From Bugula neritina (lineage: Eukaryota > Animalia > Bryozoa): DNA of 64,000 nt. The notes beneath the pieces were generated by a model. The model saw only the letters and a program-made list of their open reading frames with translations. It searched no databases and was not told the origin of the DNA. The stretch spans positions 17,236,995 to 17,300,994 of the forward strand of contig OZ037765.1 of the NCBI GenBank assembly GCA_964035545.1, written 5' to 3'. The stretch's first letter is position 1; the number at the start of each line of letters is the position of its first letter. Made by a program: the position numbers and the translations under genes. Below, in pieces: positions 42,667 to 57,600 of the stretch.

Positions 42667-45600
42667 TTAAAACTTTAGAAACTTCTTGATGGAATCCTCT
42701 ACAAGTAAATATAACAATTTTAGAAATGGAATGCAGTGCTATATGGTAAATGCTATGCAGTGACAGATCAACATAAATTATATTTTTGTCAGTATTTGCC
42801 CAGTTGCGTACTGCAAAAGAAGGGGGAGGGGAGGGTTCTACCCTAACGGCTAGTGAATCTGACTTGAGAAAGATGCTAAAAAGTGATATGATTCTACCAG
42901 GTGGAATAGCTCCATTACTGCTTATAACTGTTTCGCAGAAACAAATTAGAAGAACTATGTTGTGTCACATTCTACAAATATTTATCCTTGACCTTTTTAA
43001 ATATCCATTAAATTGGAATGGGTATTTGGAGAAAATAAATTGAGACAAAGACGCCCAATGTGTAATAAAATTTTGTGTGTTTAAATTTGTGCACAATAAC
43101 ATGCACTAGAGCAGATCAACCTCATTTTACAAAAAACATATTCTGTAACAAGTTCTGGTTTTCCTATCAGGTGAAATGGGCCACTGATAAAATAAATTTA
43201 GCAATAAAATAGAGAACAAATAAAATAAAAGTCAATTGATGGAATACAGAGGCTTAATAAAAACACCAATTGTTTTAGTAACTAAGGGTGTATAGTAAAG
43301 TGATAAATCATAGACTTGTAAGTGTTTATGTATTGCAATAATTAATGCTAGGAGTAAATCTATAACGGAAGAGTGATAAATAGAAGGAAAAAGAGTCAGA
43401 GGCAATTAGCACTAAAATGCAGTAATTGGCACCAAGCTGGTGCCTTTTCTCCAAACTGCTGTTAATTACACTTGAATATTTGACCACATAACTTTTGTCT
43501 TAATTCATAAGAGTTGTAAAGCGGCTAGCTGACAGTGTTGTCTGAGGTTAGCTGACAACAAAAGTGTGTGTGTAGGGTGTGTGCACGAGTGTTATCAAGT
43601 GTTTGCATTCTCACTGGTGTGCTTGTCTTCCTTTCTATACCAGCCGACACTTAAAGCCATGATTTGAAATTAATATATGCATTAAACTATAACTAGCTTC
43701 ATTTAGAAAGTGTAGTTTTGTGAGAATTTACAAGTAAAAGAAAATCTCTTTATTAATCAGTAGCCACAAACATGTTCATAAGAGGTGGCAGCTAGCCGTG
43801 CAGTTCTCATGCTACCAACTATCTACAATTATTGGTTAGTTAATAGGGGCTGGGGTGCGTGATGGTCTATTAATAGCTATTATTTTCCCACCCATTGTTG
43901 ATTTTAGCTTTACAACTGCAGCCATAGAAACTGTAATAATTGCTCCCATAGAATCTATAATATGAATCACATATTATAATACATATTATTTTTATAATAG
44001 TTTATTGATATATAAAATGCAACAAATCTTTACTAATATAAATACCAGCCAAACATTACCACCTATGTAGCAGTACCATCAAGGCTGAGGTAATTTTTAA
44101 ACAATTTTAGTATTAGCTGTTAGAATCTGTGAAGAAAATGGTGGGACTGATAGGGTGTTTATTGCATTCTCAGAATAGACCCTATATCCCCTATAATTCT
44201 TAAAATATTAATTAATAATTAATTCAGCAATAGATAAATTGGTAGAGGAAGGGGAGGAGAGCAGACACCCTTACTACAGTATGATGAAATAAAGTCTAAT
44301 AAGTTCATAGCTGTTATTTACTCATTATTCAATACTTTGGTCACTGATGTTTGCTACCAGAAACCATCTTCCTAAATGCCACAAAATATGCCGTTGACAG
44401 TTTTCTCATTTATAATAATCAGGATTAAGCAAGTGTTAAACAAAATCCCTCCCTCATTCATATTTCTAGGAGAGATGTTGAAGTTCCAGCACACAGGAAA
44501 CTATTAAAGCCTGGTTTTTAATGCCATGTTAAAAAATTATGAAAAGATTCATAAACTCATTAGAACCATGTCTAATGAGTTTATGAATCTTTTCATTGGA
44601 AAAGCTGACTCCGTCATTCAGAGAGTGTATAAAGTGACTGAGCCTGATTCATAGCACGCCAACCACACCGAATGCCTTTAAATAAAATTTATAAAAATCA
44701 TGGAAAGAAAATGAATGTAATTAGAGAGGTGGAGAAGTTGCTGCATACCCTGTACTCCTAATTTCTACCCAATCCGTGTTGCTAAACTACACTTCCCAAC
44801 TGTCTGATCAAAGATTTCCTGAAGCCATACTTATAGCTCTTAAAAGCTACTATCGTATAATTATTTTATAAGTTCTGACGTGCAAACTAATTTAAATATT
44901 CATTTACCATTTTTAAAAAAGTGCAATACCTAGAGTTTGAAGTGTACTAATTTTTTGGTAATTTCCATCGTGGATGTAATTCTTAAAGCAGCTGCCTACC
45001 CATAATGCACAGTAAGTACAGTATATCGTATTAAATAAAACATAAAAGTTTTAACTACTCAACAGGAGCTAAACATATAATAATAACTGCTAAGTTATAA
45101 GAAAAGAAAAATATATTAATAAAACAAGTTGAGCAAAAAATGAATTGGCTGTAAAAAACTACAAGAGGAGCCTGCTTAGAGTGTGAGACAAGGTATAAGC
45201 TATACACTATGCAGTAACACAGTGTGACCTGCCACAGAGTGGTTAGCTAGCTTACGAGTATAGGTTATGATGGCAATGGCATGAGGACGTGACGAAACCC
45301 ATAGTCTTATCAGGTATTCTTGCAGTAAGACAACTAAACTGTCCGGAAAGAAGCACTTATTAGATTTCACTCATTAAAACTAAATCACTGTCTAAATAAT
45401 AATATAAAAAATGGCAGAAAAATGAGAAGAGGAAACATGTGAGTGACTAGGGACGTATTCAGATGTTTTTACTAAGTGATTCACTGGGTGCAGGAAACTC
45501 TGACACCCCACCTACGCTGTGTGCTTGTGGAAAGTGCAGAGAGCTGGAGTGATTCATATGATGATATTACATCGCTAGATGAAATCACCAGCAGCGCCTT

Positions 45601-48600
45601 TCAAACCCACCAATTCCCAACAAACAGTTGATCTGATGAATGCTACATACTCTACAGGGAGGTCTACTACATACTCTACAGGGAGGTGTACTACATACTA
45701 TACAGGGAGGTGTACTATATACTCTACAGGGAGGTCTACTATATACTATACAGGGAGGTCTGCTATATACTCTACAGGGAGGTCTGCTACATACTCTACA
45801 GGGAGGTCTACTATATACTCTACAGGGAGGTGTACTATATACTATACAGGGAGGTCTACTATATACTCTACAGTAAGGTCTACTATATACTCTACAGGGA
45901 GGTTTACTATATACTCTACAGGGAGGTTTACTATATACTATACAGGGAGGTCTACTATATACTCTGCAGGGAGGTCTACTACATACTCTGCAGGGAGGTC
46001 TACTATACATATACTATACAGGGAGGTGTACTATATACTCTACAGTAAGGTCTACTATATACTCTACAGGGAGGTGTACTATATACTTTACAGGGAGGTG
46101 TACTATATACTATACAGGGAGGTCTACTATATACTCTACAGGGAGGTCTACTACATACTCTGCAGGGAGGTCTACTATATACTATACAGGGAGGTCTACT
46201 ATATACTCTACAGTAAGGTCTACTATAATATACTCTACAGGGAGATTTATAGGATATCTGGAATATCAAATTTTCTTCACTACACAGCAATGAACACCTA
46301 ACTCTCCCATTTAAATTACTAGTTTAGTTTGTTTCATCCAAGTATATAGCTTTTAAGCTTATTGAAAAACTATAAAATATTTAAATACATCGTGTTTTGC
46401 ATATTCCAAACATTTTTTGAACGAAATACCTTTTTTTACAATTAAAGAAGTTGTTGTGCCGAATTTTCCTGTCTTACCAGCAGTGTTGGTTTGTGGAGAT
46501 ATTTCATTAAAGTGCTATGCGTAGGAAGGACTATGTGGGCGAAAATGCTTTAAGGTTAAATAAACTAACTAAAAAAGATCAGGTTACAAATACCAATATG
46601 ACTTGAAAGTTGTGCTGCTGTTTTCATGACAGAGTCATGCTGTAAAAACATTTGACAGTTTATCTTACTAACCCCCACTGTCTAATGGATCCATTTTTCG
46701 TCTCTTGGCTCTTCCATTAGGCCGAGATTCGCTGGTTGGTTCTTTAGCTGACTTGGGTAGAGGCAGCTCAGAGCCCTGGCTAGGTGCTGGAGAATTACCG
46801 AAGTAAGGCATTTTCAGAGCCTGGAACGCAAGTATTTCATCAACTTAAAACTTACACATGCATATACCAAGTGCAACAAATTATGCTACAAAATATACTA
46901 ATGGTGGAGAGTGAGGCACAAAATAATTTTTGGATTGCAGTAAATGTACAGACTGATTGAATTATAGGATTAAAGGAAGCCAAACAAGCAGTAGAGACTA
47001 GTTGGGGGAACATTCTTCGTTTAGATTACCAGGTGAAAAATTCAAACAAGTCTCATATTTCCAAATACAACGACTAGTTTCTTCTAGGTAATCCACTAAT
47101 AAGGCTCTCCAAGAGCCTAGCTGTCATTACTTATTCAGCATAAGTTAAAAGAATAATCAATTTGCATTTATATAAGTTACAGCAAATGGTTAAAAGTTGC
47201 TAAATTAGTTTTCTGTTTGTAATAAATTAATACTGCCATTTATTACGACAAACACACCAAGCAAAGTACTTCCAATTCCGGCAAATAAAAAATGACGGCA
47301 AATGATCTAGAAACTGTATCAGTGGAAAGACCGACCCTAAGGTGAGAGCCAGTGGTAATTAGCTACGTTGGAAGGTGGGGGTGTAATTGTTTGAGGGAAG
47401 GATGCAAGAGAATGATTGCATGTTAGTCATGAGGGCCTTAATCTAGACTAAGATGAAGGTTTATAATTAATTTAGAAGGTTAGGAACTGCTCTTGTTACA
47501 ACTATTTGCTGGAAGCTAGAGTTCTTGAACCCAACAGGCATTTACCAATAACCATTAAATGGCCAATACTAGAAAATTAAATACTAAATTATTTTACAAA
47601 CCGAACTTAAATGATAAATAGAACAATCTAATTTGTAATGAGACCCACATAAATTCTGACTTGCTTTTCCCCTTCTCAACAGTGTAACATTTTAGAAGAC
47701 TTTGGTTGTGGAAAATTATTAAAAATTTATAAACACTAAATAAAACTAGCAACTGTTCAAAATTATAGTGAGGAGGAAACTTTCGCATAATATTGATTAT
47801 GCCAGACCTAATAAGTAAATAATAAATACGAGGCAGGCACACCACCTGAGTAGCAGAGCATCTACGTAGAGGGTCCAGCTGCATCATGGAGTTTAGCAGT
47901 GCTATCAGATCATATCCAGCAGCTGAAAATATTTGGTCTAATGGAGTAGCTTGGATAGGCTTAAATTCCAAATAGTCTGGCAGTTCTTTTACATTCTGAA
48001 AAATGAATAAAGATATTCCAATTGCCATCAATTAGCTGAGCGTTGGGCAGTCTGCCTGCTATCAACAACTAATAAATTATAAACAATTCTATAATAATTT
48101 AAAAATTATAACACTGAGGAATGTTGACATGATAGAAGGTGTCAGTCACGTCTTGTATTCAGCATCAAGTTTAGTTTGTAATAAACAACTCTGCCCAGCT
48201 TCCCTTTGCCATCAGTGCAAATATTCTCAAAGCCCACAAGTTTTGCAAAATTTCAATATGCCAAAGAAATCAATTTTGCCAGCACTTGACAAAATATCGG
48301 AATTATAATACTATTTTGGTCACATTTTACTGTCAAAATACTACTGATGGATTAAAAATAATATGACAATTTTGGTATCGTTAATTTACATGGCAACATA
48401 TTAAAACTGCATTCAATAGTATTTGCTGTTATTGACAATTATTACCAATAATCATTCCCAAAGTTTGTGAGTAAAAACCTTCTGCAATATGCTTGCTTGC
48501 TGTGAATATAGAACTGAGTCTACCATTTCACATTTTTGGTTTAAGTTTCATTCATTTTCTTAAAATTCTAAAAAGTTTTTTTAATCTAATACGGTTGATT

Positions 48601-51600
48601 ATTCAGCAACAATAATTTTTCACAGCTTATGCACTTTTTAGTTTTAAATTTATATGGCAGATAATAACCATACATCTTCAAACTAAAATTATTGGGATGT
48701 ATAGTTTAAAAACAGTATAAAGTCATATACTTCGATTATGATTGCTAGATGCTGATGCGTGACAAAAATATTGAATCTATTAGTTTCAGCAATAGCAAAT
48801 TTAAAAACAACATATTCTGAAAAGCTATTGAAAATATTTTCAATAGCTTTTTAGCACTAAATATCCATTCATGTGACATGGATGGGCATTTACTGCACTT
48901 CCGGGGCTTTTTACCATCCACACAATAAATTATAACACATCCACAGCTATCCAACATTCAAGACTCATTATTTGTAACTAAAAACTTGGCCGGACTTTGC
49001 TATTATATTGGTTTATTTATTAAACTGAAAAAATAGGGCTTTGATTGTTTTTACAAAATGTAGTAAGGGGCAATATTAAAAGCATGTGTTTATATATATG
49101 TTTATATTAGTGGATGTTCATGAAACTATAGAGATCTGTGTGAAATGTAACATTCATAGGGAAAATATCTGTGGTATGTGACACTTTAACTGTACTCGGT
49201 TGTCAGACACTGGTGCGGTTATACAGGAATACCAATGCTACTAAATAATATATCAATTATTATTACAGGTAATATACTAAGGTGGTTTTAGGAGAGAATC
49301 TATAATAACTACAGCACGTAGAATAACCTAGCAGCTAATCTACACTTGCACAAGTCAACATGGTCAACAATTACTGAATTAGTAAGGCACCTGTGATGCA
49401 CTTCCTCTAGCAAATCCATCATGTTTGCTTGAATTACAACACCCGTTAAAACCAAACCAATTGATATTCCGTGAAGATTTGAGGATCTAGCATTTAGTTT
49501 GGTAGAAAAGGGTGGTGTGAAGTATCATCAAACTGTATGACTTGATGTGTACGATAGTTACTACTGCCATAATCGGATGACATACAGTATGGCAAAATTG
49601 GTACAAAATTATACACTTAATTATTTTCCAGCTCTACTAATTACACTATAGCCATTACCCGACTACATTAATCAAATTTGCACACACTAGTATACAGTGT
49701 TTTTTACCTAAAGGTTTCTTAAAGCCCTGTCATATAGAAATTATTGATGATAAAATTGTATAACAATAAAACTACAATAAAAATAATGCAATATTATAGT
49801 GGAGTTTTTCATGGCTTCAACGTTCCAAAAATAGTGATATAAGCAAATAATGATAATAAAAAGTCCCTAATAAATATTCAACTCTTTCTAATGGAAGACA
49901 GTAGCTGTTGAATGCATGCAGTTAGTATAAAATTAAATATGTGGAGTAGGTGTAATCACAAGATAAGCCATCTTTATCCTTGCTCTGACATGTTAAGAGA
50001 TGTCGTTGAAATTCATCAGCTCTTCACGTGTCAGCTAAATACAAAGAATTTCCCATCCATTTTGCAGTCATGGTGAGTCTAGTTAACTTAGGTTTTGTGT
50101 ATACACCCCTTGCTGTTAGGTGTATTAGTCTACGGCTAATGATTTTTATGCCCGCCACTTCAGAGACCAAAATCTCTCATCTCCAGTGGCAGCTGACAGA
50201 AGTATGCTAAGTGACACTGAGGTAGAGTTTGTTATAAGTAAACATCTTTAAGTGTGAGTCACCAAAATGGTTGATTTCTCGAAATAATTTTATCAGCCAC
50301 CTTAATTTTATAGCCATAAATACTATGGAAAGAGAAAATTATATAATTTTGCATTTTGTAGCAAACACTAAAATAAGTGAAAAAGGTTAATATCTAATGT
50401 CAGCTTATATCCTTATTTTCAAACTTCGAAAAAAAACATTAACCATGGCAAAACCATAGACGTGGTGCAATAAAGCTGAAGTGTTTTGCTCCTTGCTTTT
50501 TAATATCAAATAAATATTGTTTGAATTTTAAGGACAAGTTAATTTTTAAGGACAGTGTCGTGATTATAACTCTCCATCCTTAAAATATTGAAAATAAAAA
50601 ATAAGTAACAAACGTAGTTTAAATAAAACCTGACATATTTTGCAATAAAACCATCACTTTGGCACTTGCTTCCACAAGCAAGTACCAACCTGGCTCATGG
50701 TCCAACTAAATCACTTGGTGAGAAAGTGTCTGTGTACAGTCATTATATAGATTGTAGTCCATATAGTGATCCTGTCCCAAATAAACATTTCATTTCAAAT
50801 GTAGAGCTACGGCTTATAAAAAGTAATATTATGAGTTTAGTAATAGTGTTAGCACCTACAGGCCATGTCTGTTCAGTGGGGGTACCGAGGGCACTGAATA
50901 TCGTACTCAGCTGTTCAATATCCGTCTCTCCTGGCAAGAAGGGATTCCTCAACAGTAACTCAGCAAGAATACAGCCACATGCCCATATGTCTACACCAGT
51001 GCCATAAATTCTTGCACCATATAATAGCTCAGGGGCCCTAAAATAATATGATGATATATTTAAGTGCAATGAGATTCTAGATAAACTATCATCGCATAAT
51101 ATACATACGGAAATAGCATGTTGACAGAATAAAAACCATGTCTGTAGAGCGGTTGTAGCATCGTGAGGGTATAGAAGTGATATTATGCCACCTGGGAGTA
51201 ACGTTGTAGTGGTATAGAATTATTACTGCTGCCGTGTCGATATTTTATGGTAGCTGTATAGGTAAATATTTCGCCCAAGTGGTGAAGTCAACCAACGATC
51301 ACCTTAACCATTTAAACTTCATATAAATTGAGTAAATTTTAAAATTAACTATAGCTTTTGCAATTTTATAAATTATTTCACTTTATACAGTTTTGGCAAG
51401 GAATGTTAATAAATAAAGCAATCCAAAATTGAAAATTTATAATTAAAATTATTCGTATCAATTACTGTCTATAAAATTGTTGGATGAGTTTACATTTTTT
51501 CCTAGCTATAGATTGTTTAATGTACAAACATATCATATATTTAATAAAATTCAGTCATGCTGGCATTAATTGAGAAGTTAAATTTTTTAATACATAATTA

Positions 51601-54600
51601 TTATCTCAAGGAATTACTTCCGGCATAATGCAGCACACATTGAAAAACATTTGTTATGACATTAGAATTTAAACTTGTTATGAGGATCAATCCATCTACA
51701 TCTACAGAAAAGTTATATGAGCATTATTAAGTTAATCAAAGTAGTAGTACAGAAAGTCAGTAATCTTTGACAGAGGTATTACTACAAACATATACAGCAA
51801 AACAAAAACTGAAATGGATAACATGTGAATGGGACAATTATAGCAACCAGTAGTTGAACTCTTTTCCGCCCAAAAACAGATATGGCAATTTTTCTGAATT
51901 TAGAATAAAATATTGCAGTTCATAAAAAGTTTATAATGTATGCAAGTGCCGCTTTGTTCAGAATAGCTGTGGAAATAGAAATTTACAAAACTATATAATA
52001 GTTTTACGTGTGAAAAAAAATTGTGAAATGCAAACTAAAATTAAAAGTAAAGTTAAGTTGGAAATCACCCAAATACAATTTTGTGATCCTAAACGAATTT
52101 GAATGAAACATTGCTACTTGAAAATAAAACTTGGTGATTTTTTAAATAAGAATAAATGCAATTTTACAATTGGATTGCATCAGTTAAGTCATATTAGTGA
52201 ACGCAAAGATATTATTAATAAAACTTAAAATGATGATAAATTAGTAAAATTGGACACAAATGTAGATAATAATCACCACAAAATTAAAATCTCAATTCTT
52301 TAAATACAAGTAAGTAAAAATTTGAAGTCCTAATGATTGATTTACGGTTTGCTAATATGTGATTATGCAACTACCAATCACTAAAAGCTGGTAGTATCCA
52401 GACATTTTTACTTGTTGACACATTAAAAATAATTCTCGTGTCACCCCAGCTTTGACGTCTCATGATTTAGTGTTGATTAAAAGAACCGCTATTATTTAAT
52501 TGTTAATAAATTAATATATAATCAATCTTATTTTGCTCAAAATTTTATGCATACGATTTAGAATTTATATTATATCATTTGACATATTTTGAAAGCTTCT
52601 GAACGTCACAACCACGCATGTTTAAATTTATATACTAATAAAAATCGAATCATTAAAATCGGTAGGCCTGATATGATATTCCATGTTTCCAACACTGCAC
52701 TGGTGTTAATAAAAATGATATTTTATATTATAGTATGGAAAACAATGTCTTTGTTAGTTAACCAAATAAATGAGTCAAAAATAGCCAACTGTACGCCTAT
52801 CCTCTTGAGTGACTAAAATGCACCATTCCTACAAACATCCTACCAAACAGGATACTTCACTTAAATTTTAATGACTTTAAAACCAAATCTGATTAGTTTT
52901 TATCACTTATACTTTGCAAAAAAACACAGTATAGCCCAAATAAAAGATATATTGAGTTAATGCTGAAGTACCTTTTAGTTCATGCGCTACAAATAAATTT
53001 GATTGATTTGAACAGTTTACATAAAAAACTTTTGGAGAATTACTTAGAACCTTGTAATTTGTAAATAGGAAAGCTTGAAGTTTACGAAGTCAGACTAACT
53101 TTATAGAGTAAGAACAAATGGTAGAGATGTGATTACATATTACTACTGATAGATTACACTGAAGGGTGGGGACCAAACAGCTTACATGATTTGATACGTG
53201 TTGTCTTCCAAGTAATGCGACCTGTCAGTGCATTCCATTTAATTAACTGAAATCTGACAGACATAATTGAAACATTTTAATTGAATTAGCTTCTTGGGAA
53301 TAATTAACTAATACAGGGAAAATATTACCATTCAACCACCAACAATAAACATATATACAGCCAAAAGTTTGGCCAATTTTGGAGAAAAAAGTCATTCACA
53401 ATAGTAAAGAAGCTGTGATAATACTTGTCCATGCACATTGGCTGGCTAGTATGAACCCAAGCACCATTTACAAATCTCACCACTTTATACTTCTAGAGGC
53501 TCAACACAAACTTTAGGCCTCGCAAAACATGCAATCCTAAGTTTTCGATTTGAGACATGACAAAACCATGCTGATACCATACTGATACTATAATGATATC
53601 ATACTGATACTATACTGATACCATACTGATACTATGCTGATACCATGCTGATACCATGCTGATACCGTGCCGATACCATACTGATGCTATACTGATACTA
53701 TGCTAATACTATACTGATATTATACTGATACCATGCTAATACTATACTGATACCATGCTAATACCATGCTGATACCATACCGATACCGTGCTAATAATAT
53801 ACTGATACTATGCTGATACCATACCAACACTATACTAATACTATGCTGATAATATACTGATACTGTACTGATACTGTACTGATACTATGCTGATACCATG
53901 CTGATATCATGCAGATACTGATGCATTTCTTTACATGTTGACATTGAATTTCATAATTCTGAACATTTTTGAACTGTTTCTTTTGAACACACAGAAGTCT
54001 GGTGCACCAGCTATCATCCTGTGTGTGTTTTCTGCTGGACTTTCTTACAATTATTCACTTAGCAAGCAGTTTTCTGGCCAAACCAAACATACAATTCTAA
54101 TATAAAAAGGCAATCACCAAGAATTCAGGTTTGATTCACATACAATATCCTATTTTTATATGCCATTACAAAGATTTGGCAACATTTTGCGTTGTTATCA
54201 TAGATGATATAGCCTTACTTGAAAACCCCTAATCATAAATCTGCTGATAAAATATTGTCTAAACTTTTAGTTTTGGTTAAATGCACACTTATTCTGAGCT
54301 TAACCCCTCCCTCGGTGAACTAATAGACAACTACATATATCTATAGTCAATGTTTTAGCAATATAAGCAATAAACACCTTTTGTTTGACCGTGAGATAAA
54401 ATATTTCAGTGTACATTTACAACGAATACTATATTAAGTCTAATAGAGTCATTCAAACTTTAACAAGTGTTTGCCTACATGATTCTGTAGTTTCTACTTA
54501 TAGCTTAAGACAACACAGCTATTGCTGACTCATTTAGTAAATAACTTCTATATAGAAATTCTGTATACAAATTTGACTCATGAAAATTTTGAATGATTCA

Positions 54601-57600
54601 TCTAGTCTAAATTAAAACCATATTTTTATTGATATTGTAATTCATAGTTATATTTTTATATTTCTAACTACTTAAATTAGTAAAAGTTAGTAACATTGAT
54701 TTACTGCTGAAATTAAAAGAAACAATAAGACTACTGGCTACTGCTACTATACTATTGCGATTACTTTCTACTAACTTATACCTTACTTTTACTACAACTA
54801 CATACCACTGTTCTCACCACTGCTACTGTTACTACTACTACTTTACTACTTCTACTAACACCACCACTACTGTCACTACTGCTACTGTCACTACTGCTAC
54901 TGTTACTACTACTGTTACTGTTACTACTACTACTACTACTAATACTAAATTTAGAGCTTCTGCTACTACCACTACTAATATAAAATCTTGTTACTAGCTC
55001 CCTGATATACTTACTAACCTGTACCATCTAGTTACCACTTGATGAGTGTACTGTCTTCCAGGTGAACCATAAAACTTTGCTAAACCAAAATCACCAAGCT
55101 TGAGCGTTCCACTTTTATTGATTAAAAGATTGTTGGGCTTCAGATCCTGTTACAAAAGTATCAGGCATGCAGTGAAGGTATTAACGAATAAATCTAAAAA
55201 TTCAATATAAAATAGAGTGCTCCCGTATCTCACGTTCACATTCTCAAGAAATTCTATAGGTCACTAGAAGGGCTTGGACCCCCCCCCGTTTTGTGGCTTC
55301 TGTATATGTATATATAGACAAAATGGCCAAATTTGACAGAGAGGGGGTCCCATGAGTTAAATCTGGTATTCTACTATGTCTCGAATTGAGGTTTTTGGAC
55401 CCATAGTTCTGTGAGATCGGGAGGAAGCACTGTATTAATTTAAGTTTAGCTTCAGACAATTGCTTGGATAGTGATCAACAATGACAAAAGCATATTTTGA
55501 ACTTCATTAACCTATTAAATAAATCACTGGCAGTTCGGCATGAAACATATCTGCTCTGAAATGAGAAAAAAGGTGAAAACTGAAAGGTACTAGTTATATG
55601 TACTAATGCTTGTACCAAAATGACACACTAACAGCTGTTATTACAACTTTTTGCCAATGCCTGTGATTTCCTAGAATAAATAACACAAGTGACAGGAAAT
55701 AGTGTTTACTAAAACAATTTAGCACGGCTATCAAAATTAACCCAAATCAAGGTGAAACCATTAACACTAGCTGTTCAGTAAGTCTCAGTAGACTCTAATA
55801 GTTACCATGTCCAGAATATTGAATTATTCACATTTCAAGTTACTGTGTAACCTTTAAAGAATTGTCTTACCCTGTGAAGAATCCAAGAGTTGTGAAGATA
55901 TTCACAGCCAAGAAGTGTTTGTAAAATGTAAGATTTAATGTTAGCTGGTGTCAATATAATCGATTTATCTCTTATAATAATCTAAAACAATAAAAAAATT
56001 AGCAAAACAACAGCATTGAAAAACAAGGTTTCTAATCAGTTGCAAGTATAAAGATGTGTGAACTACAACTTTTTGATAATAACCAATGTGTAACATCTTG
56101 GATGTTTGCAGCTGTCAAACTTTAGATAATAAAAAAATTCACTATCAATGAGCTGCTTACTAGAACCGCTAAAGTGCAGTGGCAGAAAAATTTTAATAAC
56201 CCAAGCTCTTAGATTTTCCTAATAAATTTTAATTTGGGGAATGGGTCTTTTGCTCCATTTCTAACTTAGAACACAGGCGTTTTTCCATTTCTAAATTACT
56301 GTACCTACCTCACTAGGATTTTCTTTAATTTATCTAAGACTTGAAAGTTAACTAGAATTGTAACTATTAGTTTGTCTAAAAATTAAGTCTAGGCATTTCT
56401 CTGTGCATTTCCAATTAATAATATAATCAAGAAGTTATTAGACTTCGTGATGATTCAAATTCCATAAAATATCAGAAATGAGTAATTTCATAGTTTAAAT
56501 AGCCTTGCATACTTCTTACCAAATGATGCAGAATGTGGCTACCAGAATGGCTTATTGCTTACATTGAAAAGGCAACTCCAATTATTTAGTTTGTAGATGT
56601 ACACAATAATTATAATTATTTTTATTATTGAAATACATTCAGTTGTTCTACTGATTTAATAATTGTAGCTTTAAAGATGAAGAAGTTTTTTTTAAATAAA
56701 TTAAAATAAAGGTTTTACTCATGGTTCAAATCTAACAACTAGATAGTAATTGCTATGATATCACTACTTTATCAACTTTACCTCCAGATCTGTGTCCATG
56801 AAATCCATCACCAGGCTGACATTAGACTTTTGACCAAAAACATTTCTTAGCTAAAAACATAAATTGAAATGTTAATATACAAGCCTGATTTGTATGCAAC
56901 ACTAATACACACTTTCCCACATGATGACTAACTATACAGTCTACATACTGCAAATGTAATTCAGAACTAAGCAAATATTAGTGAGTCAAAAACATTTACA
57001 ATGCTTATAATGCAGGTTTGGGATTTTTTAAAACTAATTCTATAAAAAATTTATCTAACAAAATGATTAGAAGGTGAGTGAGCAGCACTCCCAACAACAA
57101 CGCAGAATAATCTGTAGTGCATTATACTATAACAGTGAATGATGCCAGCCTAACAAAACCAATAAACTTTCTTGTTGGCTACCAAACATTTACAATAATT
57201 GCTTCTAATAGACATGTTTGGATAAGTTGAAAACTAAACCTCAAAAAAATATAAAATAATTATTGTTAAATTTTTTAGTTAGTCAAAAAGATATTAATTT
57301 TACAATTAAGCCTAAGAATTTTACACATATCAATCAGCGTTGTTATCATACTAAGGAAAAAAATGTTTATCTTATGCTACGGTCATAGAAATAATTTTTA
57401 TTATGACTTGGTGTTTGTGAGAGCTAAATGTTTCATTATGTTTACGGGCTAAAACTTGTTTTCAGCATTACAACATAACTTTGGAATTGCCTTCTCTGTA
57501 TTTATGTATTGCATTTCCAACAGCAATAAAAATAAATTTACACACACAATTTGGCTACAATTGTTAGAAAGCCCATTCAATGCTAAAACAAAACATACGC

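Noticed and set aside
43516-43649. GC-richer TG...CA segment as a possible solo LTR
   Set aside because: No target-site duplication, no second copy in the window, and very short.
45275-45310. ATGAG...GAAAC motif resembling a hammerhead ribozyme core
   Set aside because: Lacks the CUGANGA box and a pairable stem II.
45579-46301. 240-aa ORF and four overlapping ORFs ([24 protein letters not shown] repeats)
   Set aside because: Products of a stop-poor 24-bp minisatellite inside a CDK7 intron; no non-repeat coding context.
54755-55027. Thr-rich and Ser-rich ORFs resembling a mucin
   Set aside because: Trinucleotide low-complexity tract immediately inside a CDK7 intron.
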